The notes under the pieces: model-generated
The model's database searches: none
Told to the model about the DNA's origin: nothing
What the model saw: only the letters and a program-made list of their open reading frames with translations
Source of the DNA: Cyanophora paradoxa CCMP329
Lineage: Eukaryota; Plantae; Glaucophyta
Direction: 5' to 3'
DNA length: 64,000 nt
NCBI GenBank assembly: GCA_004431415.1
Contig: QPMI01000214.1
Coordinates: forward strand, 62,001 to 126,000
Program-made: the position numbers and the translations under genes
Part shown: piece by piece, positions 48,338-60,800 of the stretch
Numbering within the stretch: the first letter of the stretch is position 1
Layout: the number at the start of each line of letters is the position of its first letter

Positions 48338-48492
48338 CTTGAGGCTTGTTGTTTGGCGCCCGACGGTGCGAGAGGGCCGGTTTTTAGCGAGGTGTTTTAC
48401 TGTACTCCCCTACTGGCCCTGCGTGTATCCCCCTGCTGCTCTCGCAGGCTTCTGCCAGGCTTTTGGCAGGCTTCTGCCAGCGTCTGCAGCCC

Positions 48493-50369
48493 ATGGAGGA
48501 TCCGCGCTCGCCGCCGCTGCTCCTGGTGGTGGCAGTGCAAGGGGCGTCCGTGATTGGCGATGCGCTCGCGCAGCGGTGCGCGCTGCTACAAGGCCCCGTC
48601 ACAGCGCCCGCAAAATCCTTATTTCGAGCGCCAGGTGTCAAAACGTCTGCTTTCGTACGTTATACACCGGACTCGCACTGTCAGTTTCATTGCAAGCGCT
48701 GACGACGATAGCGCAGAACGTCACCGGGCGCAGATGCTGCTCGGCCTGACGACCGTCTCGGCGGTGCAGGTCATGGTCCTGCTCGCCCTCGCGCAGGCGC
48801 GGCGCGGCGGGGCCGCCGTTTTCGAATTCGAGCGAAGCTGACCTCGCCGGCGCCAGCTCTTACTCCCCGCCGAGATAACGGGCGCTGTGTACGAGGGGCG
48901 CGAACTGGTGCGTACGCACTCAGCGGGGCGGGGCGTGGGTCCGGTCCAGCGGGGCGGCCGCGGAGCGGCAGTGAGGTCGCCGTCGCAGAAGCGGTGCTGC
49001 CTGGGGTGGGATGAAGGGCCCGTGCCGGCGTCGGTGAAGGACTGCGTCGAGGTGAATTGCAGCCGTCGCCCCGTGCCGGCGCTCGCCGGCGCCGGCAGCC
49101 GCTCTGAGCTCGAGCACCGGCGCACCGCAGCGGGCGTGCGCGGCGCAGGGCCCCTTCTCGATCCCGGGTTTCCTATGGGGGCACCCAGCGCTGCTGCTGA
49201 ACGGGCTGCTGAACATCGTGTACTACTGGGCGGAGATCGAGCTCTACCGCACGCCCCTCGGCCTCGTCCTCATCGTCTGCAGCGCTCTCGCGTGCGCGCC
49301 CCGCCCCGCCCCGCGCGGCCCGGCGCCCGACGCGCCGCCCCAGCTCCACCTTCCTTCTCGACCCCGTCGCCCGGTGCCCGCCGCCCGCCGCGCCGCCCCG
49401 GCCCGCCCCTCCCGACGCCGCGCAGGGCCTTCGGGCTGCCGGCCTCCGCGGCCTCCCCACCCCCGTCCTCCTCCTCGGCTTCGCGGGTTCGCCATCCCCC
49501 CCGACCCCTCTTCCGCCCCCGCCCCGCCCCGATCGCCCCGCAGCTGCCTCGCCTGCGCAGTGGAGCTGCCCGCGGCGGACCCGCAGCGCCAGCTGCCGCC
49601 GCCCGCCGCCGCTCCCCCGCGGGGCGGCGGGGCGGGCCAAGCTGAAGAGCAGTGGCGACGAGGACGGAGACGGCGAGGCGGTTTCCCCGCGAGGCGGCGG
49701 CGAAGCGGCGGCGGGGCCGGCAGCGGCGGCGGCGGCGGCGGCGCAGGCGCAGGTGCACCTGCGCGGGGCCCACCGCGAGAAGGAGGGCGCCGGCAGGGAG
49801 CCCAAGGCGGCCCCCGCGGGGGCGGGCGCTGGGGGCGGGGCGGAGGGCGGCGGGGGCGGCGCCCTGCAGCGGACGCTCGCCGTCCTCGTCCCCTTCTTCG
49901 CGCTGAGGTGGGCCCGTGCGCTGCCCCCGCCTCCTCCGCTGAGGCGCCGCAGCTTCTCCTACTGCCTCTGGTTCGTCACCCAGGTCCGCGCCCCGCCCCA
50001 CTGCAGACGCGCCGCGCGGGCGGGGGGCCCCCGCCAGCTGCCCCCCCGAACCGGCCCCGCCGCGCACGCAGAAGTACTTCCACGACGACTACGGCCTCAA
50101 CGGTTGGGCCCGGCCCCGCGCTCTGCGCCCCGCGTGCGGCGGCGCTGGGCCTCACCGACGGGGGCAGCGTGGGGGTACACGGCGGTGGACCAGGGCTTGC
50201 TCCCCCTGTACATCGTCCCCTTCCTCTACGCCGCCGCCGCCTCCCCAACCCTCGCCCCCGCCGTCGGCTTCCGCCCCGTGCGCCCCACCGCCCCGCCCCC
50301 CGCCCCTACACCGCTCCACGGGACCCTTTCCGCCCGGCGTGCCCGCCCCGCGCTGTGCCCCCGCCCCCC

Positions 50370-50401
<32 letters not shown>

Positions 50402-50825
50402 TGCCCCTCACCCTGACGCCTCGCCGCTTCTCGGGCAGGGGGAGGGGGTGCGGGAGGTGGCGGCGGGGGCGTGGGAGCGGGCCCCGCTCGCTTCCCTCTT
50501 CGCCTACCGCCTGCTGGCGAACGGGCGGGCGCTGCTCTACTTTTATTTGATCATCCTATACGATATGGCCGCTGTCTATGTTACACTGTGCCCGCGCCGG
50601 CCCGCCCCGCCCCATGCCGAGCGCGGGTGACGGGGGCGCGGGGGCAGGACGCTGGTGCGGGTGCTCCTCTCGTGGCTGGTCTCCGTGGGGCTCTGCCTGC
50701 TGGCGCCTGGCCTGGTGGGGACGCCCCCGGAGGAGCGCGCCGCAGTGCTCGCCCCCCGTGCCCTCGCCCTCAAGGCCGCCGGCTCCCTCTGCATCCTCGC
50801 CGCCCTCCTCGCGGCCCCCCGCTGA
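48493..50825 (+). CDS. Hypothetical multi-pass membrane protein
   Basis: Several hydrophobic exons (LNIVYYWAEIELYRTPLGLVLIV, LLYFYLIILYDMAAVYVTL, VRVLLSWLVSVGLCLL) linked by short introns. TGA at 50823-50825. Confidence 0.55.
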
Positions 50826-51832
50826 TCGTGAGAGAGGGCCGCCCTTCCCGGGCACCGCGCGGTGTGCGGTACATGATTCATGATCATGAGCGCGTCTCTT
50901 GCATTGAATCGCGACACGTACGCGTACGTGTGGTGCTCGCTAGCTGTCTAACTAGCAGCACATCGGTGATCATGATCTACGCCGAAATTGAAACTTTCGA
51001 AATTTTGAGCTTTAAAATTTAGAGACCGACCGTCGGACTCGGCGAGATCGGGTTTTAATTTGCTTTCTGGGTCGAGCCCGGGGCGGCCTCAGAGTGCTCT
51101 CAGAGTCTAGATCTTGCAAGCTCCGGACTAGGGCTCGGGTTTGAAGCGCACTGAACGTACCACGGTGAAACTTTGAAATCAAACTTGAAAATTCAATGAT
51201 TCCGGGTCCGACGGTCGACGCCCGTCAAATGCCCGACCGTCGGACGGTCAACGTCACCGAGTCAAATCCCGTACGCGTCACGGCGTCTAACTTGGCAATC
51301 CCTCAAGTCATGATCAACCCCGTCAACCGTTGAACGTTAACTGAGTCACACACGCCGCCGGCGTTCAACCCTCAGCTGCAGGGCTCATGATCATGTAAGC
51401 TCAGCCCTGGCAGGGCACGCCGTGACGCCAAATTCGAACTTGGAATCACACGCGATGTTAATCGCCATGAGCGCGTCTCTTTTATTGGCCACGAGCAAAG
51501 CCGGATCAGACACGAGCACAACAGATTGGCGCGCAACAGATCGGAGCGCTCTCCTCACATCCTTCAAAAAAAAAAGAGAAACCAAATAAATTCTATGCAA
51601 TGCGCAACTCAATCGACAAAGGGGATGACACGCGGCCTCAGGGCCTTGACGTACATGCACACTGTGATACACTGGACAACCTACATTATGCGCACCCGGC
51701 GGTACCCGGCCGCGGTTGCTGGTCTACGCTGTGAGACTCATGAGAAGGGAACGAGCCTTTCGGCTCACAATGTTGACGCTATCTTCGTCGGATTCGGAAA
51801 GATCGCTCTGGGAAAGGCCACGGGATGAACGG

Positions 51833-54800
51833 TTAGGCGGCCTGGGTGCGGGGGGCGGCCTTGGAGGAGGGTGCGGGGGCCGGGAGGGGCGCGGCGGGGG
51901 CGGCGTGGGCGTGGGCGACGGCGTACTCGCCCGAGTGGGCGATGGAGACGGCGACGGCGGCGAGGCCGCAGGCGGCGGCGAGCTCGGCGGCCGCCCCGTG
52001 GAGGCGCACGCCGGGGCCCCCGACGGCCCGCGAGGACCTCGATCTCGCGCAGCGGGGCCGCCGAGCCGCGCAGGCCCTTGTTCGCCGGCGTCGCGGGGGC
52101 CGCCTCGGAAGCCGCCCCGAGGGCCTTGACGACGGCCTCCTTGGCGGCCCAGCGGCCGGCGAGGGAGGAGGCGGGGTCGGGCTGGCGGGCGCAGTGGGCG
52201 AGCTCGGCGGGGGTGAAGTTGCGCTCGAGGAAGAGGTCGCCGGCGGGGCGCCCGCGGAAGAGGCCGATCTCCTCCACGTCCACCCCACGAAGGCCCCGCC
52301 GGCGCCGCCCCCGCCCCGCCGCCTCCGCCGCGCTCTGCAGCCCCGCCCGCCCGCCGCCGGCACCGCGTGGCCGGCCTGCCCCCGCCGCGTCAGCCGCTGG
52401 GGCGGGCGGGGCGGGGCGGGGCGGGGCGGGGCGGACGGGCTGGAGGGCGGCGTGGGGCACGTGGTAGGTGAGGGGCCCGGGGACGGCGAGGCGCGCGCCC
52501 GCGGGTCCAGCAGCACCGCGTGCTGCCCCCACGTCAGGCCCGCCCCCGCACGCCCCGCGCCCCCGCACGCCCCGCCCGCCCCGCCCTGCTGCACCCAAGC
52601 CGCCCACGCTGCGCGCTAGAGGGCGGGGCGGCGAGGGCGGACCATGTCCTCGCTGGCGTAGGGGGCGTCGCCCTTGACGGCGACGAAGGGGCGCTTGGCG
52701 GCGAGGACCTCGTGGTGGAAGCGGCGGGCGGCCGCGAGGCGCGCCTCCCGCTTGGCGGCGTACTCGGCGAGCGCCGCCGGCTCGAGGGCCCCCAGCACGT
52801 GCTCCGGGGAGACCACCAGCAGCGCCGCCCCCGCCTGCCAGACTCTGAGAGGGGCGCGGGGCGGCGGGGCAGGCGGGGCGGCGGGGCGGACCTGGCCGAA
52901 GCCGAAGGAGGTGAGCATGCCGGCGTGGATGGGGCGCTTCGCGGGCAGCCGCAGCGCGCGGTCGACGGTGAGGATGTTGGTGTAGGGGCGGAGCTCGGCG
53001 GCGACGTTGTCGGCGTTGCGGTTCGGGGGCACGACGTTCTCCGCCATCGCCTGCAGGAGCCCGTTGAGCATCCACGCGGCGGCGGCGCCCTTCGGGTGGC
53101 CCGTGAGGTGCTTCTGGCAGACAATGGGCACGGGGTGGCCCTCGCGCCGCCCCAGGTGGTCGAGCATCTCGTGCAGCACCATGAACTCGTTCTTCTCGTT
53201 CGCCTTGGTCGACGTCCCGTGCAGCGAGGCGAGCCCGATGTCGTCCGGCGTGAGGCCGAACTGCGCCAGGCCGGCCCGCATCGGCGCCGGGGCGCCGGCG
53301 GCGGCGTCGGCGCCCTCCTGCCAGGCGGCGGCGCTGCCGGCCATCTTGGCGGCGGCGCGCTCGATGCGCGCCGCGCGCTGCTCGACGGCGGCGGCGTCGG
53401 CGCCGGCCTCCTTCAAGGCGGCGGCGCGGTACGCCTCGGCGGCGGCGCGCCCGGCGGCGAGGGCGGCGCGGCGCTCGGCGAGAGACGGGAGGGGGATGCG
53501 GCCGCCGGGGTGCTCCTCCTTGGCGAAGGACATGATGCCGCAGCCGGGGGCCGGCACGGACTTGCCCTGGCGGTCGGAGGCGGTGCGCGCGAAGGCGACG
53601 ACGCCGTAGATGGGCGCCCCGATGCGGATCGCCAGGTCCGCCGTCATCAGCACCTGCCCGCCCCGCCCCGTCGGCGAGAGCTCTCACGCCGCGCCGCCCG
53701 GCGTGCGGAGGACTCGCGGGGGCCGCATGCAGAGGCCCTCTCTGAGGCGCTCCTCCGGCTTCCCTCGCGGGGCGGGGTTCGCGGGGCGGACCTGGGTGCC
53801 GGTGCCGTGGGACTCGACGAAGCCGGCGCGGGAGGAGGTCGTGGGGCGGGACATCTCGCGCGGCTCGCGCCCCCGCGCGGCGTCCTCCACGCAGTTCACC
53901 GTCGCCTTCATCTGCGCGAACTCGTACGCCGTCTCCTCCGCGAAGTCTGCCCCAAGCCGCCCCGTCAGGCCCCTCCAGCCGCGGGGCAGAGGGCGCGCCG
54001 GTCTTCTCGCAGCAGGGAAAGGGGCGCGGCGGGGCGGGGCGGGGGCGCACCGTCGTAGCCACCGACGAGCATGACCTTGGCCTTGCCCGAGAGGATCGTC
54101 TCCGCCCCGACCTCCACCGACTGGGCCGCCGTCGCGCACGCCCCCACGGGCGTCTTGATCGGGCCCGAGGCCGAGAGCAGCAGCATGTTGACCCAGGCGG
54201 GGACCGTGTTGATGAAGGTTTCCTGCAGCGTGTCGGCCGCCATCGTCTGCTCCATGCGGCGCTTGACGAAGATGTTCTGGAGGGCCTTGGCGCCGCCCAT
54301 GCCGCCCCCGATGGCGTTGCCGACCTCGCTCGGGTGCACGTACTGGTAGAGCTCGTACGGGTCCGTCACTCCCGCCGACGCCAGCGCATCTGGTTACGTA
54401 TACAATTCAAAACGTGCGAACTGACTTGGAGGAGACGGGACGCGGACCGACGACGGCGACGAGGGTGTAGAGGCAGGTCGGCTCGACCTGGTCGACGATG
54501 TCCTTGGGGATGCCGTACGTCGCGGGGCTCCATCCGGTGGGGATCTGCCCCGCCACGAAGCGGTCGAAGGTGGTCGCCTTGGGGACGTAGAGGACGGCGC
54601 CGCGGTGGAGGCGGCAGAGGCAGCGGGCCTCGTCGCCCTCGCCCTCGACCCAGACCTCCGCCTTGTCGCCGTGCTGCCGGCGGAAGAGCTCCGCCTCCGC
54701 GGGGGAGGCGACCTCGAAGGGCGGCAGCTCCCGCTCGATGACCACCTGCCGCAGGAACTCCTTGTGGTTCGGCTGCCCCAGCCCCGTCAGCGGCGGCCCG

Positions 54801-57800
54801 GGGCGCGGCGCAGAGTGCGCTCGGGCCCGGGCAGGGAGGCTGTGCGCACGTCGACATGGACGACGTCGGGCTCGATGACGCGGATGCCGGTGTGCTCGAG
54901 GAAGTCGCGCTCGTACTTGCGGCCGACCTCGCTGTCGGTGAGGGGCTCCTTGGTCTTGGCGTCGAGCCAGCCGGTGTAGAAGCCGCGGGCGAGGGGCCCG
55001 TGGTGGTACTTGACCATCCCCATCGTGAAGGCGAGCTCGATGGCGGCCGCGAGGCCGAAGCGCCCGCTCCGCTCGTACTCCCACCGCACGCGGGCCGACC
55101 CGAAGGGCCCGACCTCGCCGAAGCCGGCGATGACGACCGTCTTCTCGAGGTCGACGAGGCCGCGCAGCTCGCGCAGCTGCTCCAGCCGCTCCGGCGAGGG
55201 CAGGCGGGGGAAGGAGGCCCACCAGGCCGGGCTCGCCTTCGGCTCGATCGCCGCCACGGGCCGCTTGGCGCCCTTCTCCTGCGTCGCGTCGGCCCACGCG
55301 GCGGCGAGGCCCTGGGAGCGCTCCGTGATCTCGCGCCGGGCGTTGCGCGCGAAGGCGGCGAGGTCGGGGATGCGCTCGAAGCCGCCCGAGAGGTCGGCCC
55401 AGACGGGCTCGTGCTCGGCGAGGGTCACCACGCGCGGGTGCAGGAGGCCCAGCAGGTTGAACGCCGTCTCCTTCGCCGAGAAGGTCCGGGCCCCCTCCTT
55501 CTCGAAGGCCGCCGCCGTCCAGTTGTTGGCGTTCATGAGGCCCGTGCCGCGCGTCCAGCCGATGACGGCGCCGGCGAGGGTGAGGTAGTCGCGCCAGCCC
55601 TCGGAGGCCCACTTCTCGAGGAGGACCTCGAGGCCGATCTTGGACTCGGAGTAGAGGCCGTCGCCCCCGAAGAGGCCGTGGTTCGGCGAGAGCGGGAGCA
55701 CGACGTGCGCCGGCCGCGTGTTCACCCCGCGCTTCTCCTTCTCGTTCTTGATGGCGCCCATCATCTGCGGGGGCCCGCGTTCGGGCGGGGGAGGGGGGAA
55801 GGGGGGAAGGGCGGGGCGGGCCGGGGCGGGGGCGACGCACGCGGACGGTGTTCGTGAGCATGACGCGGTGGGCGAGCTCGGAGCGGGCGTCGATCTTGCC
55901 GATGTCGCGCCCCGCCTCGGGCACGGCCGAGAAGGGGACGAAGTAGTCGACGTCGGCCTTGAGCGTCTCGTAGACGTACGCGACGAGGTTCGCGCAGTCC
56001 TGCGAGGAGGCCCCGTTGAAGGGCACGACGATGAGCTCCGCCCCCGCCGCCCCGTGCTCGCGGAAGAGGGCCCGGAAGTGCTCGTGCTGCGCCGCCGTCA
56101 TCCCGGGGCGGCCGCCCGAGGTGGCCCCCGTGGGGTCCGCGAAGCCGCCGGCGATGACGCGGGCGCCGGCGGCGAGCAGCGCCTTGACGAGCTCGGCGGC
56201 GATGGAGCCGCGGTCGCAGCCGTGCACCAGCGCCGTGCGGCCGCGGAAGGTCACGCCGGGGCTGGCGAGCTCGGCGAGGGCCTCGAGGAAGGTCGCGGTG
56301 CAGGCCGGCGAGTACTCCCGCTCCAGCGCCCCCGCCTCCTTGTGGCCCTCGCTCCGCCCGTGCCGCTTCAGGTAGAGCAGCGGCCGCGCGTGCTCGTCGG
56401 CCGCCCGCGCCCCGCCGCGCGCCATCTCCCGCACGTAGTCGCTGGCGTCGCAGATGCCGGGGCGCGGCACCTCCTCGTAGATGACCTTGCCGTCCTGCGT
56501 GATCTCCACCCGCGGCATCGTCGGCGTCGCGAAGTCCCGGAAGACCGGTGCCGGGCCCTTCGCCAGCTCCGTCAGCAGCTCCTCGAAGGCGGCGGCGGCG
56601 GCCGGCGCCCCCGCGCGGGTCGCCTCGTCGACGGCGGCGCGGGCGTAGGCGGCGAGCTCGGGGCAGGCGCGGTTGCGGAGGGAGTGGAGGCGGGCGAGGA
56701 GGGTGTCGCCGGCCATGTGCTCCCCGGCGACGAGCGCGTGGAAGAGCTCCAGCGCGTCGGCGCGCGCCCAGTTCCACGCGCTGTCGTACCGCCGCTCGCG
56801 GTTCGCGTCGAACATCGGCCGCACCGCGTCGATGTACTCCTGCCCGAACTCCTCCGCCGCCGCCCCCGCCAGCAGCGGGCCGGCCGCTGCCGCCGCCGCC
56901 TCGTGCCGCTCGCCCTTGCCGCCGCGCAGCTCCCGCAGGGCGTGCTCCATGGCGCGGATCTGCGTGGCAAGCAGCTCCGCCTCGAGCTTCTTCATCGCGT
57001 CCAGCGCCTTGCTGTCCACCACCGCACCCGCCCCGCCGGCCGCCGCCCCGCCGGCCGCCCCGCCGGCCCCCGCGACGGGGACGCGGACGCCGTGGGCAGC
57101 GCCGTAGGCGTCGCAGACGGCGTCCCAGAAGGCGTTGGCGTCGGCCTCGGAGGCGAGGCGCGCCGGCGGCTCCATGGCGAGGGCGTGCAGCTGGACGGCC
57201 TGAGAGCGGCCCTCGCCCAGCAGCCGCCGCCCCGCCAGGTAGCCCTTCACCTGCGCCGCCCCGTAGCCGGCCGGCATCTTGGCGGCGATCATGCGCGCCA
57301 CCCAGGCCGAGGCGACGGTGCCGAGCCGCGCGTACGAGGCGAGCGCGGGGCGCGCGGCGAGCGAGTCGAGGCTCGCCTCGGCGGCGCCGTCGCCCGTCTG
57401 CCCCGCGAACTCCTTGTCGAGGTCGCCGACGATCTCGTTCTGGATGGCCGACTTGCCCCCGCAGAAGTCCTTGATGCTCTTCGACCCGTCGCTGACCTCC
57501 CCGTACCCCTTCTTCAGCTTCATGCAGAGCGCCACCCGCACCACGTCCACCGCCGCCACCGGCGCATCCGCCAGCGGCGACCCCGACGCCGCCACGACCG
57601 CCACCGGCGCCGCAGCCGCCGGGGCAGGGGCCGGCGCCGGGGCAGGGGCGGCAGGGGCGGGGGGCTTGGGGGCCGGGGGGCGGGGGCGGGCGGGGGCGAG
57701 AGCTGGGGGCTCTTGTGGACGGGGGCGTCGGAGGGGGCGACGTCGGGGAGGGCGTAGAGGATCGGGTCGCGCTCCGTGGTCGAGAGCAGCTCGGCGTCGC

Positions 57801-60800
57801 GCCCAATGCTCCCTAGCAGCAGCTTTGCCATCCCGCAGAGCGTCTTCGCCGGGCCGATCTCGACGACGCGCTCGGCGCCGTAGGCGGCGGGGGCGAAGAG
57901 GAACTCCTGGGTCTCGATCCAGCGGACGGGGGAGGCGAACTGGTAGGCCATGCTCTCGATGAGCATCACCTTGGCGACGCCGTCGAGGCCGAGGCGCGCG
58001 ACCTCGCCCTCCCACCCGGCCACCAGCTCCCGCAGCACGGGGCTCTCCGTCTCCCGCAGCATCGCCTCCGCGTACGCCTTGTCTGTCCGGAACGGCTTCC
58101 CCAGCAGGTTCGGCACGAAGCGCCCGTCCAGCGTCGACGCCCGCACCTGCCGCCCCGCGCGTGAGCCCGGCGGGGCGGGGGCATGGGCGGGGGAGGGGGC
58201 GACCTCGGTCATGCGGTCGAGGAGGATCTTGCGGAAGGTCGGCACGCCGGAGCGGAGGAGGCGGGAGTGGAAGGGCACGTCGATGCCGGGGAGGGGGACG
58301 GTCGCCTGCCCGCGCTCGGGCATGCCGTACGGGTCGGCGTCGTAGCGGGCCTTGACGGCGCCGAGGGCGGCGGCCGCCGCCGCCTGCATCTGCTCGGCGC
58401 CCTGCGGCGCCGCCCCCGCCTTCTTCATCGCGTCGAGGGCCACGCCGAGGGCCGCCACGCAGCGCCGCGTCCCCGCCGCCACGTACTGCGAGCCGCGCAC
58501 TGGGGGCCGGGGGCGAGGTGAGGGGGGCGGGGGCGGCGGGGGGCGGGGGCGGGACCGTTGAAGTTGACGAGCTGGAGGAGCTCGGCGGCGGCGGCGCTGA
58601 TGGCGGCGACGGTCCCCTCGAGGACGGCGTCGGTGCAGAACTTGCCGACGCGGGAGGGGTTCGCGGCGGCCATGGCGTAGGGGGAGCGGCCCTGTGCGTC
58701 CCGCACGACGGCGACCTGCATGGTGATGCCGCGCAGGAAGGTCGTCTCGATGACGCCCTCGATGCGGAACGAGTTGACGACGCAGGAGAGGCAGCCGTAC
58801 TCGCCGAGCGAGTGCCCGGCGAAGGCGAGGGTCTCGGGGAGGAGGGCCCCCTGCTTGAGCTCGGCGTAGACGGCCATGTCGTAGAGGAGGATGGCCGGCT
58901 GCTGGAACTGCGTCGCGAAGAGCAGGCCCTCGGGCGCCCGGTACGTGTACGAGTTGGAGGCCTCCGTGAGGCCCGGGAAGAGCTCCGCCACCGCCCGCTT
59001 CTCCTCCCCCGGCACCGGCGCCTGGTACCGCGAGAGCTGCCCCCGCCCCGCCTCAGCCGCCGCCCCGGCGGGGCGGGGGCGGGCGGGCGGACCGTGAGGT
59101 AGTTCTCGCGGATGCGCTTGCCACGGGTGCCGCCGAAGTGGACGGTGAGCTCGGTCGGGTTGCGGCGGACGATGTCGAGGATGGAGAAGCCGTACTTGTC
59201 GCGGAGGTAGCGGTCGCCGCGGTCCCACACGGCCCGCGCCGCCCCCGAGGAGGCGTAGAGATCCATCCCCATGCCCACCCCCGCGCTCCCCTGGCCCGTG
59301 AAGACGTACGCCGTGCGGCGCTGCTCGATCTCGGCCTGCCCGCGCAGCACGAGGCGGCCGTCGGCGGCCTTGAGCTCGATGTCGACGGCCATGAAGCCGC
59401 CGCGCATGCCGACGTGGCGGGCGGAGAGGGCGAGCTCGTCCCCGGCGACCAGCGTGTCGACGAAGGAGACGCGGTAGCGCCGGATGCGGTCCCCGCGCCC
59501 CACGCACACGTGCTGCTCCAGCAGCCGCCGCCCCTGCGCGCTCGTCCACATCCCGTGCACGATCGGGCCCTCGAAGCCGACGAGCTCCGCGAAGAAGGGG
59601 TTGTTGTGGATCGGGTTGTGGTCCCGCGACGCCGCGCTGTACGGCGAGCTGCTGTGCGGCGCCCGCACCGTCGCCGCGCGCGAGAGCAGCGAGTAGCCGC
59701 CGCCGGGGAGGGGCTTGGGGGCGTCGGCGTTGGTGCCGGCGGCGCGGGCGAGGTAGCCGAGCACGGCGCTCGCCTCGCCCGACTCGTGCGCCACCTCCGC
59801 GACCACCGCCCCGCCGACGGCGTCGAGGACGCGGCCGGTGGAGAGGGAGTGGACGACGGTACCGCGGTGGGCGGGGCACCAGCAGCTCCGCTCGACAGTG
59901 CGCAGCTCGAAGACGAGCTCCGCGCCCTCCGTGACCGCCGCCCCCGGGACGAGCTTGAGCCAGGGCTTGTCAGCGAGCACGGCGGCGGCGCGGGCGTCGG
60001 GGAGGGTGATCGCGGTGCGCCCCGCCTGCTCCTTGAAGTAGCGGGCCTTGGAGCCGTCGGGGCCGCAGCACGCCTCGGCCGCCGCCGTCGACGGCGCCTC
60101 GCGGACGAGGAAGGAGCTGCTGACCTCGACGGCGACGGCACCGGTGTCGGCGCGGACGAGGGCGCCGGCGACGGCGATGGTGAGGCCGAGGGAGGAGCGG
60201 GAGAACTCGGTGACGCGCATGGAGGAGGCGAGGCGGTCGCCCTCGCGTAGCGGCGCCGTGTCCCGCGCCGTGAAGTCGTTCGAGAGGTGGACGAGCTTGG
60301 CGAGGTCGAGCGCCGGCTCCCGCGCCTCCACCACGGGCGCCATCAGCGCCTCCCAGCCGGCCACCACCGCGAAGTCCAGCGGCGCCACCAGCCGCCCGCC
60401 CTCCTCCCGCGGCGTGTGCCCCACCGCCCGGCAGAAGCGCTCCACGTCGGCGCGTTGCACGGCGAAGGGGGCGCCGGGCTGGGCCCCCGCCGGGGGCGAC
60501 CAGACGCGGCGGTAGAAGTCGGTGATGGCCTTGGAGCGGTTCTCCTGCACCTCGAGGAGGGGCGCGTAGCCCATGCGCGGCCGCGTCTCGTACTCCAGCG
60601 TCAGCGGGATCGCCTCCGTCGCGCTCCCGCTCCCCGTGAGGCGCACGTGGTTGATCGTCACCGCGATGCGCCCGCTGTCCAGCAGCCGGGCCTCCACCGC
60701 CGGCGCCCCCGAGCACACGAAGCCCCTGCCCCCCGTCGGCCCCGAGCAGCGGCGCGGCGAGGGCGGGGCGGGGGCGCACGAGTGCGGGGCGGGGACCTCG

